Of a DNA stretch of 44,845 nt, positions 17,667 to 26,501 are shown piece by piece; the stretch's first letter is position 1; each line of letters opens with the position of its first letter. The DNA comes from Candidatus Zixiibacteriota bacterium (GTDB lineage Bacteria > Zixibacteria > MSB-5A5 > GN15 > FEB-12), in contig JAFGNW010000230.1 of assembly GCA_016926795.1 (NCBI GenBank), positions 1-44,845 of the forward strand. The letters run 5' to 3'. The translations under genes and the position numbers were made by a program. The notes below the pieces were generated by a model, which did no database searches, was not told the origin of the DNA, and was given only the letters and a program-made list of their open reading frames with translations.

Positions 17667-19496
17667 TCAGGCTTTCCGGTCTTCTTTGACGACAATCCCC
17701 AGTTCCTCGAGCTGGGCCGGTTCGATGGCGGTCGGGGCGCCGTCCATGAGCGACAGGGCGTTGGTCGTTTTCGGAAAAGCGATAACATCGCGGATGGAGT
17801 CGCTGCCGACCATGAGAGCGACAATCCGGTCCAGACCGGGGGCGATACCGGCATGAGGCGGGGCGCCGTATTCCAGGGCTCGCAGCAGAAAGCCGAACAT
17901 CCGTTCCGCCCGTTCTTTATCAATACCCAGGATAGCCAGGATTTTCTCCTGCAGCTCGCGACGGTTTATCCGCTGCCCCCCCGAGGCGATTTCCACCCCG
18001 TTGACGACCAGGTCGTACTGCAGGGCTTTAGCCCGCCGCCAGGGATGATTTAAATCGGTGCCGGGCAGGTTGCTGGTGAAACCTTCGTCGATAAGCGGCA
18101 GGTCCTCCTCGTGGGGGTGCGAAACGATATTGTGCATTGCCTCGAAACGGTTCATTTCCTCGTTATATTCGAACAGCGGAAAATCCGTTACCCATAAAAA
18201 TCTGTATTGACCGGTTTTTATCAAACCGTGCTCGCGGCCCAGACTCAGGCGCAACTGCCCCAGGATAGACTCCGTTTTAAGTTTCCTGTCGGAGATGATA
18301 AAAAGAGCGTCGCCAACCTCAGCCCCGGCTTTCCGACACAGGTTGTCTTTGACCTCTTCGCCGATAAATTTCAATATCGGCGATTTGTCCCCGGTTTCGG
18401 CGCGAAGGATATAAGCCAGTCCCCCGGCGCCGAGTTCTTTGGCCAGGTCGGTCAGGGTATCGATTTGTTTTCGCGAATATGAACCGCCCCCTTTGAGCAG
18501 GATGCCCTTGACCACCCCACCGGCTTTAACGTTGTCAGCGAAGACCTTGAAAGCGCAGTCCCTGACGGAATCGCTCAAATCTGTGATTTCCATGTCGAAA
18601 CGAAGGTCCGGTTTATCGATACCCCAGCGGGACATGACTTCGTCGAAGGAAAAGCGCGGGAAGGGCGTTTCGATTTCTAGATCGAGAACCTTTTTGAATA
18701 AATCAGCCATCATTCCTTCGGCCACCTCGAATACATCGTCCGGCGTAACATAAGACATCTCCATATCGATCTGAGTATGTTCCGGCTGGCGGTCGGAGCG
18801 CAGGTCTTCATCGCGCAGACAGCGCGCCAGTTGAAAATATTTATCGAACCCGGCCACCATGAGGATTTGTTTTAAAAGCTGGGGCGATTGCGGCAGAGCG
18901 TAAAACTTCCCTTTCTGGACCCGGCTGGGTACGACATAGTCCCGGGCGCCCTCGGGGGTGGAGCGAATCAAAAGCGGTGTTTCGATTTCATAAAAACCGC
19001 GGTTGTCCAAATAGTTTCTTATCGCCATGGTGGTCTCATGACGAATACGCATATTCTCCTGCAGGGGTTTGCGGCGAAGGTCCAGATAGCGATATTCCAG
19101 CCGTAATAAATCGCCGGCATTGGTTTCGTCCTCAATTTCAAAGGGCGGGGTTTTAGCTTCAGCCAGAATATGAAACGCCTCGGCGTTGACTTCGATTTCA
19201 CCGGTAGCCAGTTTCGGGTTAATCGTTCCCTCCGGACGCTTTTGCACTTTCCCGACCGCGGCCACGACAAACTCATGGCGGGTACGTTCGGCCTCGGCCA
19301 GCATCGCGGGATCGAAAATCTGAGGGTTGATAACCACCTGGGTCAGACCATAGCGGTCTCTCAGGTCGATAAACAGCAGACCGCCCAGGTTACGGTAGCC
19401 GTCCACCCAGCCGTTCAAACGGACTTTGGCGCCGTTATCGGCTGACCGGAGCTGGCCGCAGGTATGAGTTCTTTTAAGTTCTGAAAAAAGCGGCAA
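17667..19496 (-). CDS. aspS: Aspartate-tRNA ligase
   Basis: KRTHTCGQL, FIDLRDRYG, YRYLDLRR, STPEGARDY, ALPQSPQ, RDEDLRSDRQPE, YGAPPHAGIAPGLDR, IRDVIAFPKT. TTG start with GAGG RBS. Confidence 0.97.
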   Translation of the reverse strand: MPLFSELKRTHTCGQLRSADNGAKVRLNGWVDGYRNLGGLLFIDLRDRYGLTQVVINPQIFDPAMLAEAERTRHEFVVAAVGKVQKRPEGTINPKLATGEIEVNAEAFHILAEAKTPPFEIEDETNAGDLLRLEYRYLDLRRKPLQENMRIRHETTMAIRNYLDNRGFYEIETPLLIRSTPEGARDYVVPSRVQKGKFYALPQSPQLLKQILMVAGFDKYFQLARCLRDEDLRSDRQPEHTQIDMEMSYVTPDDVFEVAEGMMADLFKKVLDLEIETPFPRFSFDEVMSRWGIDKPDLRFDMEITDLSDSVRDCAFKVFADNVKAGGVVKGILLKGGGSYSRKQIDTLTDLAKELGAGGLAYILRAETGDKSPILKFIGEEVKDNLCRKAGAEVGDALFIISDRKLKTESILGQLRLSLGREHGLIKTGQYRFLWVTDFPLFEYNEEMNRFEAMHNIVSHPHEEDLPLIDEGFTSNLPGTDLNHPWRRAKALQYDLVVNGVEIASGGQRINRRELQEKILAILGIDKERAERMFGFLLRALEYGAPPHAGIAPGLDRIVALMVGSDSIRDVIAFPKTTNALSLMDGAPTAIEPAQLEELGIVVKEDRKA

Positions 19497-19585
19497 ATAA
19501 TCCTCGTTAACTATTTGTAATCTATATAATTATCGGCATTTCCGCCTTTTTTTTAAAGGCGCCGAATAAGGGTTTTTCCTGCCGG

Positions 19586-19614
19586 AAAGTACGCTTTTTC
19601 GGCACATAAGTCAA
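19586..19614 (-). promoter_or_regulatory. Putative sigma70 promoter of the aspS-phoH-HD-ybeY-corC block
   Basis: Minus strand TTGACT-N17-TACTTT. Confidence 0.55.
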
Positions 19615-19714
19615 TAGTCCTTATTTTCCTGAAAAACAGCCGAATTAAAATAAGGGGAAAAAAACAGGATTTTTTATCCTTGGAAAAAACGAAAATTTTA
19701 TTTAAAATTGGAAT

Positions 19715-19848
19715 TCTAACAACCTGAGAGCCGTGCCTTCGGAACCGGCGGCGATTTAATGTTGTTAAAGTAAAGACAACCGGTCGCACGGTTAGTATGT
19801 GACCGTCCATAAGCGTTCGTTAACCCTTCGGGCGCACGTAACCCCTTG
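19715..19848 (+). ncRNA. Candidate structured intergenic RNA (unassigned; 6S-like is possible)
   Basis: GC-richer island in an AT-rich spacer. Preceded by TTGGAA-N17-TAAAAT (19680-19708). Contains two C-TTCG-G loops, hairpins GTTGTT/GACAAC and CGGTCGCA/TGTGACCG, and long-range CGTGC/GCACG pairing. Confidence 0.4.
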
Positions 19849-19875
19849 ACAAATGAGGCTATTTTAACCTATAAT
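19846..19875 (+). promoter_or_regulatory. Consensus sigma70 promoter of the PTS IIA gene
   Basis: TTGACA-N18-TATAAT. Confidence 0.65.
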
Positions 19876-19917
19876 GGCTCAATTTTTAAGGAAATTACGC
19901 CGATAAAGATTAATATT

Positions 19918-20418
19918 ATGAGAATTTCGCGATTTTTAAATGAAGAACACATCAAGCTCGAAATGGACACCGTCATCGAGCCGCTCGAGGAGGGTGCATC
20001 GTTCGAGAAGTGGCGGTTGGACGCCAAGGAAAAGATTCTGTCCGAGTTGATAGACCTGCTGGAGAAGAACGGCCGGGTCGGCAACCGCACCAAATTCCTG
20101 CTTGATTTTGTCAACCGCGAAAAAAAAGCCACCACGGCCATCGGCGACGGTATCGCTATCCCCCACATCCGTTCCCTGCAGGCAAAAGAATTCATGATTG
20201 CTTTCGCCCGTTCCTCAACCGGTTATGACTTCGAGTCGCTCGACAGCAAACCCACTCATCTTTTCTTCGTCATGGCGGCGCCGCCTTATGATGATTCACT
20301 TTATCTGAAAGTGTTCAAAACCCTGGCGGAAATGCTCCGTTTTGAATCGTTTCGCAAGGAATTAATGTCTATAAATTCCCCCGGCGAAGTCATCCGCGCC
20401 ATCCGCGCTATGGAATAA
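19918..20418 (+). CDS. PTS EIIA (fructose/mannitol/Ntr type) domain protein
   Basis: NREKKATTAIGDGIAIPHIR (phospho-His motif), FARS..DFESLDSKPTHLFF. The ATG at 19918 is preferred because the TTG at 19846 coincides with the -35 box. Confidence 0.88.
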   Translation: MRISRFLNEEHIKLEMDTVIEPLEEGASFEKWRLDAKEKILSELIDLLEKNGRVGNRTKFLLDFVNREKKATTAIGDGIAIPHIRSLQAKEFMIAFARSSTGYDFESLDSKPTHLFFVMAAPPYDDSLYLKVFKTLAEMLRFESFRKELMSINSPGEVIRAIRAME

Positions 20419-20476
20419 CCATCCTTTTATTTCTATATTACACGTTCCATCAATTTCAGAAACATGGATTGAATCC

Positions 20477-20505
20477 TTGACAATTTATGACAATATAGAT
20501 ATATT
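20477..20505 (+). promoter_or_regulatory. Sigma70 promoter with overlapping TGACAAT direct repeat
   Basis: TTGACA-N17-TATATT. TGACAAT at 20478 and 20488. Confidence 0.6.
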
Positions 20506-20604
20506 GAGTCAGATTTGCATTTCCTGTATGGTCAGCCTCGATGATACAAGCATCGAATTTCGCTAATTGAAAAATTTAATCATATATCCCAAGGAGGTCT
20601 TTCC

Positions 20605-22035
20605 ATGAAAAAGACTGTACTCCTCACTACAGCTTTTATCCTGGGTATCTTTCTGATTCTGACTCAGGCCGATGAAATATCCCCGACTTCGGTGTCCCCT
20701 AATGAAATAACTCCGGACGCTTTCAAACAGGTTGAAAAAACGAGTCTCGGGGAGCAGGCTGGTTTTTCCTGCCCGTATAATGCCACCGTTTACGGTCAAC
20801 CGGCTCACGGCCCCGGCGACAGCTGGAGTATCGGTATTTCGGACAAGTTCGCATCGTACCTTATCTATGATGATTTTTCGGGGGCCGGTGTCATAACCGG
20901 TCTTCACTTCTGGGGCGCCACAGCAACCGTAAGCGGCGGTCCCTGGAGTCCCTGCTCTGAAAACCCGGTCTATTTCGGATTCGTTTTTAAGGATGACAAC
21001 GCCGGTTATCCGGACGCGGTGGTGGCGAATCGCTATGCTATTGTCGAGGGTACCCCGACCGGTCAGTTTTATTCCGGCTTTGAACTTTACAGTTACGAAG
21101 TCAGGTTCGAGGAGCCGGTAGAACTGGACAACGGCTGGCTTTGCATATACGGCACAGGCGGTGCCGAGGACTGCTGGTTTGGCTGGGTTAGCGGTACCGG
21201 CGGCGACGGTCAGTGCTGGCATTATGACGGCCTGACTCCTAACATCCGTTATTATGACCAGGCATTCTGCCTGTTAAGCGAAGGTTGCCCGGAATGGGTT
21301 ACGGATTTCGGGCAGGCTCCGATATTACCCTCATCTTCAAATTTCCGCTCTTCCGATGACGGCTCGCCTGAAAACTATTGTGTGTATGATAATTTCTCGG
21401 GTGTCAGCCAGGTTGCCAGCCTTCATTTCTGGGGGATAACGGGTCAATATTCCGCGGGATGGTATCCATGTGCGGAGAACCCGGTGACTTTTTACATAAA
21501 ATTTTATTATGACAACAGTGGGACACCCGGCTCCGTCGCGGCGTCGATGACCAAAACCATCATGGGCAGCCCCACCGGCCTGTTATATATCGGCGGCGAC
21601 TACGAAATGTATGAATACGTCGCTTATTTCCCGCCGGTAGTTCTCACCGACGGCTGGGTATCCATTCAGGGCACCGGGGGTGCGACCGATTGCTGGTTTT
21701 TATGGGCGTCTTCCCGGGACGTCACGGACAATCACTGTTATCAATGGAATGGCTCGACACTCACCGACCAGTCATTTGACATGGCCATGTGTCTTTTTGA
21801 GGATACCGTCTGCTGCGCCGGCGACAGGGGCAACGTCAACTGTTCGCTGGTCGAGGTCCCGGACATCTCCGACATCACCCGGCTTATAGACTATCTTTAC
21901 CTGAGCCATACCGCTCTGTGCTGTCCGGAGGAGGCCGATGTCAACGGTTCCGGCGGCGAACCAGACATTTCCGATATAACCCGGCTGATTGACTTTTTAT
22001 ATCTGAGCCATGCCCCGCTTCCGGGGTGCTATTAA
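20605..22035 (+). CDS. Secreted protein: two tandem Cys/Trp-containing beta-rich domains + C-terminal Cys-flanked dockerin-like domain
   Basis: AAGGAGG RBS and signal peptide. Repeated CP..GQ..YD(D/N)FSG..LHFWG..W.PC.ENPV.F..GW..I.GTGGA.DCWF.W..A(F/M)CL. Tail from 21811: CCAGDRGNVNC..PDISDITRLIDYLYLSH..CCPEEADVNGSGGEPDISDITRLIDFLYLSH.PLPGC. Confidence 0.85.
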   Translation: MKKTVLLTTAFILGIFLILTQADEISPTSVSPNEITPDAFKQVEKTSLGEQAGFSCPYNATVYGQPAHGPGDSWSIGISDKFASYLIYDDFSGAGVITGLHFWGATATVSGGPWSPCSENPVYFGFVFKDDNAGYPDAVVANRYAIVEGTPTGQFYSGFELYSYEVRFEEPVELDNGWLCIYGTGGAEDCWFGWVSGTGGDGQCWHYDGLTPNIRYYDQAFCLLSEGCPEWVTDFGQAPILPSSSNFRSSDDGSPENYCVYDNFSGVSQVASLHFWGITGQYSAGWYPCAENPVTFYIKFYYDNSGTPGSVAASMTKTIMGSPTGLLYIGGDYEMYEYVAYFPPVVLTDGWVSIQGTGGATDCWFLWASSRDVTDNHCYQWNGSTLTDQSFDMAMCLFEDTVCCAGDRGNVNCSLVEVPDISDITRLIDYLYLSHTALCCPEEADVNGSGGEPDISDITRLIDFLYLSHAPLPGCY

Positions 22036-22063
22036 GCTTTAAGGGTCTTTCAGAACGAACCTT

Positions 22064-22090
22064 CCGCCCCGTTTTAAAAACGGGGCGGTT
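22064..22090 (+). terminator. Intrinsic terminator-like hairpin
   Basis: CCGCCCCGTTTT-A-AAAACGGGGCGG perfect inverted repeat, 28 bp after the stop; weak U tail. Confidence 0.65.
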
Positions 22091-22100
22091 ACGGTATTGG

Positions 22101-22129
22101 TTGACAAGTTTAAATCTTCGTTCTATATT
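22101..22129 (+). promoter_or_regulatory. Sigma70 promoter
   Basis: TTGACA-N17-TATATT. Confidence 0.6.
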
Positions 22130-22182
22130 GATTTCGAATTAGAAATCCGATTTTAGACTTGTATATAATCCGCGGAGTAACC

Positions 22183-23199
22183 ATGAAAAAAAACGATTGT
22201 CTGTTCCTAATAATTTTCCTGGCTGTTCTGTTTGTTGCCATCGGCAGCGTAAATGCGCAACCCATCATCGCCGGTCATCAGGCAGCGGCCGAATTCCCGC
22301 TCATCCCTCATCCTTATATAGAACAGGTGAAAAACACCTACAAGATATTTTACGGCCATACCTCGCACGGCAGCCAGATTGTCACCGGCATGGTCATCCT
22401 GAGGGACAGCACCAGCCTTTACGACTTCAACAACGGAACGGGCACGCTGTCTTTGAGCGAGTACGGCAGCGACCTCGGCCATTTGGGCGACACCAGCTGG
22501 GTGCCGATAACCCGCCAGGTCCTCGACCAGTCCGGCAGCGATATTAATATGGTAATGTGGTCATGGTGCGGGGGCTGCTCGGACAATACCGAAGAGGGCA
22601 TTAATATATACCTGAACGCTCTGAACGGTCTCGAGGCGGATTATCCCGACGTCACTTTTATCTATATGACCGGTCATCTGGACGGTTCCGGCATCGACGG
22701 CGACCTGTACCGAAACAATAATCAGATCCGGGTTTATTGCCAGACCAACGGCAAAATTCTTTTCGACTTCGCTGACATCGAAAGTTATGACCCCGCCGGT
22801 ACGTACTACCCCGACGAAACCGATGCCTGCAACTGGTGTTATGACTGGTGCAGTACATATCCCGGCTGCTGCAGCAATAGTTGCGCCCATTCTCACTGCT
22901 TTAACTGTTACCTGAAAGGCCGGGCATTCTGGTGGATGATGGCCCGAATCGCCGGCTGGACCGAAAATCCCGATTGTTGTGAGGGTTTTACCGGTAATGT
23001 TGATTGCTCGGATATCGAGAACCCGGATATTTCCGATATCACGCGCCTGATTGATTATCTTTATCTCAGTCACAATCCCCTGTGCTGTCCGGAAGAAGCC
23101 GATGCGGATGTCAGCGGCGGACAACCTGACATCTCGGATATCACCCGGCTGATCGACTTTTTGTATCTTTCACATCAGCCTCTGGCGGGGTGTCCCTGA
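22183..23199 (+). CDS. Secreted putative hydrolase (GHTSHGSQ family, possibly SGNH-like) + dockerin-like tail
   Basis: GGAG RBS and ATG at 22183, signal peptide ..VNA/Q. Motifs IFYGHTSHGSQI, VMWSWC, FIYMTGHLDG, NNQIR..C..ILFDFADIES, CAHSH..NC..KGRAFWW. Dockerin-like tail from 22975. Confidence 0.8.
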   Translation: MKKNDCLFLIIFLAVLFVAIGSVNAQPIIAGHQAAAEFPLIPHPYIEQVKNTYKIFYGHTSHGSQIVTGMVILRDSTSLYDFNNGTGTLSLSEYGSDLGHLGDTSWVPITRQVLDQSGSDINMVMWSWCGGCSDNTEEGINIYLNALNGLEADYPDVTFIYMTGHLDGSGIDGDLYRNNNQIRVYCQTNGKILFDFADIESYDPAGTYYPDETDACNWCYDWCSTYPGCCSNSCAHSHCFNCYLKGRAFWWMMARIAGWTENPDCCEGFTGNVDCSDIENPDISDITRLIDYLYLSHNPLCCPEEADADVSGGQPDISDITRLIDFLYLSHQPLAGCP

Positions 23200-23306
23200 A
23201 CAAAGATATTGAGTCATAAGAAACGTATGTATAACAGTAAATTGTTTTGAACAATTCAGCGATAAGGACGTCAATAATTAAATTCTCTTGAGATTTTATG
23301 TAAGGA

Positions 23307-23512
23307 TTTTAAGGCTGAACAACCTTAATCATGGACAGGAACAAGGTCGAGGATAAAATCGTACATTAATCGGTATCGAGTTTCGGCCTTGTTCGCCTTA
23401 AAAATGGCCATATACCATGGCCTCTTCGCCTTGGGTAATACTTGCTTATATTACCTTAGAGCGCTTATGTTACCAGGCCATCTTTGCCGACGGCAAAGGT
23501 GGCTTAATTATT
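23307..23512 (+). promoter_or_regulatory. Structured element with alternative pairings ending in an intrinsic terminator (attenuator/riboswitch-like leader or sRNA)
   Basis: Stems GAACAAGGTCGAGG/TTTCGGCCTTGTTC and GGGTAATA/TATTACCT. Terminator GCCATCTTTGCC-GAC-GGCAAAGGTGGC-TTAATTATTT (23477-23513). Competing pairings are described in findings. Confidence 0.5.
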
Positions 23513-23645
23513 TATCATTAATCACGCTGTATTAATTATCATAAAAAATAATTATTAAAATGTAAGATATTACGTTTCACGGAACTATTTATATAGAAGT
23601 ATCCTCACACTCAAATTAAATATGGTTCAAATAAGGGAAGAGGAA

Positions 23646-25481
23646 ATGTCTCTCAGTGCGAAACTCATATTCAGCGCAGCTTTCTGCGGTATTTTCTTTT
23701 ATCAGTTCCTGACAACTTCGGCGGCTTTCGCCCAGTTATCCGTAGACGATATCGACGAACTCCGTGAACGGGGTTGCCGCGAAGGTTGGACCTTCAGTGT
23801 GGGTGAAACTCCGGCTACCCGGCGACCTCTTCCGAAATCCCAAGCTCTTATCATGCCGGAATTTCATTCTCCCCGGGTCGTCTTCACTGCCCGCACGGCA
23901 GTCTCGGAACTTCCCGAAGCCTTCGATTGGCGGGCTCTGGACGGCTGTACGCCGGTCAAGGACCAGGGGACCTGCGGCAGTTGCTGGGCTTTCGGAACCG
24001 TCGGTGCCTTCGAAAGCGCTATCAAAATTCACGACACCCAGACGGTGGACCTTTCCGAACAGTACCTGGTCAGTTGTAACACCGACGATTACGATTGCAT
24101 CCGGGGCGGCTGGTTTTCTTTCGATTATTTTCAATGGAAACCGGACCATTGTGGCGGTGTGGGTGCCGTTCTCGAATTATATTTCCCCTATACCGCCGCT
24201 GATTTCTTCTGCGACTGTCCTTTTCCCCACCGTTACCTTCTCGAATCCTGGGGTTATGTAGGCGGCTCAGGGCTGGATACATTTTACATTCCGGATGTCG
24301 AAGCCATCAAACAGGCTATTTACGATTATGGACCGGTGGCGGTCGGGGTATATGTCAACAGACCCTTCGCCGCCTATACCGGGGGGGTGTTTAATGCCTG
24401 TGAGAACAAAATCCCCAATCATATTGTCGTTCTGGTCGGTTGGGACGATACCCTGGGCGAGGAGGGCGTCTGGATTCTGAAAAACTCCTGGAACATTGAC
24501 TGGGGCGAGGACGGCTATATGTATATTGAGTACGGTTGCTGCGAGGTCGGGTTATCGGCTTGCTTTGTCAATTATACCGGATATTCTTTCTTTGCCGATA
24601 CAACCGTCGGCTGGCCCCCCCTCGAAGTCAATTTCACCGGCTGGGACAACTATCGGTGTGAAAGTTGGTGGTGGGCGTTCGGTGACGGCGACAGCGCCTT
24701 TACTAAAACACCCGGCCATGTTTATACGACCGCCGGGCGCTATGACGTTTCATTCAGGGCAGCCAACCCGATTGATACCCACACTATAACGAGAGAGAAC
24801 CATATTATTGTTCTGGCCGATTCTTTAATCGTCGGTGATTACGCCGGCGAAATAGATTCTCTGATCGAGGTGCCGGTCGCGGCGGTTAATAATATTCCCC
24901 TGTACAGTCTGATTGTCCCCGTTGAATACGCCGGGCCTCTCGACCTGGAATATGTCGGCTACACCACTGCCGGTTGCCGAACGGACAGCACGGCCAAAAT
25001 TGAGTATCGTAATATCGATGCCAACCAAAAACGGTTCGCTCTTGATATCAATTATTACGGTCGTACCCACCGGCTCGAGCCTGGAAGCGGACCGATTATA
25101 ATACTTATTTTTAAAATCAAAAGCGGCGAAAACGAGGCAAGCAATCCGCTTCTTCTTGACGGTTACAACTTGCTGCTGCCGCACTTCATCGGCGAACTGG
25201 CCGATTACGCGCCGGTTCTATCCGAGGGTTCCGTTACTTATATCGAAATTTCCTGTTGTTCCGGCTTAACCGGGAATACCGATTGTTCGGAAAACGAGAC
25301 CCCCGACATCTCCGACATTACCTGTTTAATTGATTATCTTTACGGCACTCATGAACCGCTGTGCTGTCCGGAAGAAGCGGACGTCGATATCAGCGGCGGG
25401 GAGCCGGATATTTCCGACATTACGAAGTTGATTGACCATTTATATCTGAGTCATTCTTCCCTGCCGGAATGTCCCTTGTAA
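23646..25481 (+). CDS. Secreted papain-family (C1A) cysteine protease + PKD domain + cohesin-like domain + dockerin-like tail
   Basis: LPEAFDWR, VKDQGTCGSCWAF (catalytic Cys), NHIVVLVGW (His), WILKNSW..WGEDGY (Asn). PKD W.FGDG...PGHVYTTAGRYDVS. IEVPVAAVNNIPLYSLIVPVEY..LEPGSGPIIILIFKI resembles a cohesin. Tail from 25254. Confidence 0.9.
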   Translation: MSLSAKLIFSAAFCGIFFYQFLTTSAAFAQLSVDDIDELRERGCREGWTFSVGETPATRRPLPKSQALIMPEFHSPRVVFTARTAVSELPEAFDWRALDGCTPVKDQGTCGSCWAFGTVGAFESAIKIHDTQTVDLSEQYLVSCNTDDYDCIRGGWFSFDYFQWKPDHCGGVGAVLELYFPYTAADFFCDCPFPHRYLLESWGYVGGSGLDTFYIPDVEAIKQAIYDYGPVAVGVYVNRPFAAYTGGVFNACENKIPNHIVVLVGWDDTLGEEGVWILKNSWNIDWGEDGYMYIEYGCCEVGLSACFVNYTGYSFFADTTVGWPPLEVNFTGWDNYRCESWWWAFGDGDSAFTKTPGHVYTTAGRYDVSFRAANPIDTHTITRENHIIVLADSLIVGDYAGEIDSLIEVPVAAVNNIPLYSLIVPVEYAGPLDLEYVGYTTAGCRTDSTAKIEYRNIDANQKRFALDINYYGRTHRLEPGSGPIIILIFKIKSGENEASNPLLLDGYNLLLPHFIGELADYAPVLSEGSVTYIEISCCSGLTGNTDCSENETPDISDITCLIDYLYGTHEPLCCPEEADVDISGGEPDISDITKLIDHLYLSHSSLPECPL

Positions 25482-25506
25482 AAATCACCCCTCCTGTGCT
25501 TCTACA

Positions 25507-25548
25507 AAACAGGCCGTCCACGCCCTCCGTGACGGCCTGTTTCCTTTT
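25507..25548 (+). terminator. Intrinsic terminator
   Basis: AAACAGGCCGTC...GACGGCCTGTTT followed by CCTTTT. Confidence 0.75.
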
Positions 25549-25687
25549 CTAAGCCCCGGCAGCGCCAGTATTTCCTTGGCTAAATCGCATAAGTTATTAT
25601 ATTATAACAGATTTCAGCGGTGTACGATTCATTTGAACCCTGGACATCGTTAGTCTACATATAAAATAAACACCTAACGGAGGGATT

Positions 25688-26421
25688 ATGAATGCAAACC
25701 GCACTCCCGGTTCAATCATTATTTACGTTTTCTGATATTCCTTTTAGTCGGCTCCATTTTCGCTGAATATGATTGTCCCGGAGGTACGATATTCGGTCAG
25801 CCGCCGCATTATCCCGAAGATATATCCGCCGACCAAACTTCCGACAACGGTCCCGATGAAGCCAAGCTGATTTGCGATAATTTCACCGGGGTCGCCCAAA
25901 TAGACGGAATCCATTTCTGGGGCATGCATGCTTATTCCGATTACGGCTGGTTCCCCTGTTCGGAAGACCCGATGACTTTTGAGATTATTTTTTATATCGA
26001 CAGCCTTTCGAGGCCCGGCCGCCAGGTCGCTTCACGTACCGTTATACTCGACGCGGTCGCCACCGGCGTTTATTATTATGATAACACTTTTGAACTGATG
26101 GAGTACACGGCCTCGTTTCCGACCGTATCATTAACGGAAGGCTGGCTGTCGATCCAGGGTAAGGGCAATCCTTCCTGCTGGTTCATGTGGCTTTCGTCCC
26201 GTACGAGCCTGGACAGCATAAGCATCCAGTACGGCGGCGGCACCAACTATATGCCCTGGGATTTCGCCTTTTGCCTGACGGGCACGACCTCCTGCTGTAG
26301 CGGCTTTACCGGTAACGTCGATTGTTCGACCGAGGAGGCGCCGGATATCTCCGATATTACCCGGCTTATCGATTATCTCTATTTATCGCATAACGCTCTG
26401 CCGGTTTGCCCAGAAAAGTAG
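25688..26421 (+). pseudogene. Frameshifted single-domain paralog of the 20605 gene with a half dockerin-like tail
   Basis: GGAGGG RBS and ATG at 25688 give MNANRTPGSIIIYVF*. Adding one T to the T4 run at 25728-25731 restores MNANRTPGSIIIYVFLIFLLVGSIFA-EYDCPGGTIFGQPP..CDNFTGVAQIDGIHFWG, continuous with ORF 25924-26421. The tail has only one PDISDITRLIDYLYLSH repeat. Confidence 0.8.
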
Positions 26422-26472
26422 GCCGAAAATCAGCATGCGATCTGCTTTTTTCTTTATTCGAAAACAAAATAC

Positions 26473-26501
26473 TTGACATAACAAACCTTATTTCATATAC
26501 T
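26473..26501 (+). promoter_or_regulatory. Sigma70 promoter, about 250 nt upstream of the thrombospondin-repeat gene
   Basis: TTGACA-N17-TATACT. Confidence 0.6.

Noticed and set aside
19722-19830. Glycine riboswitch on the minus strand (CCGAAGG twice and CTCTCAGG)
   Set aside because: The GGAGA 5' motif and P3 extension are missing, no glycine gene is downstream, and the element lies upstream of the aspS promoter.
19500-19850. T-box leader for aspS
   Set aside because: No AAGGTGGNACC T-box motif or specifier stem found.
22825-22910. Heme c binding site in the cysteine-rich segment
   Set aside because: No CxxCH motif; the cysteines more likely form disulfides.
23380-23430. Fluoride riboswitch (TGTTCGCC-TTAAAA)
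   Set aside because: Lacks the 5' GGCGATGG and the 3' TAATG/CTAC elements; no fluoride-related gene downstream.
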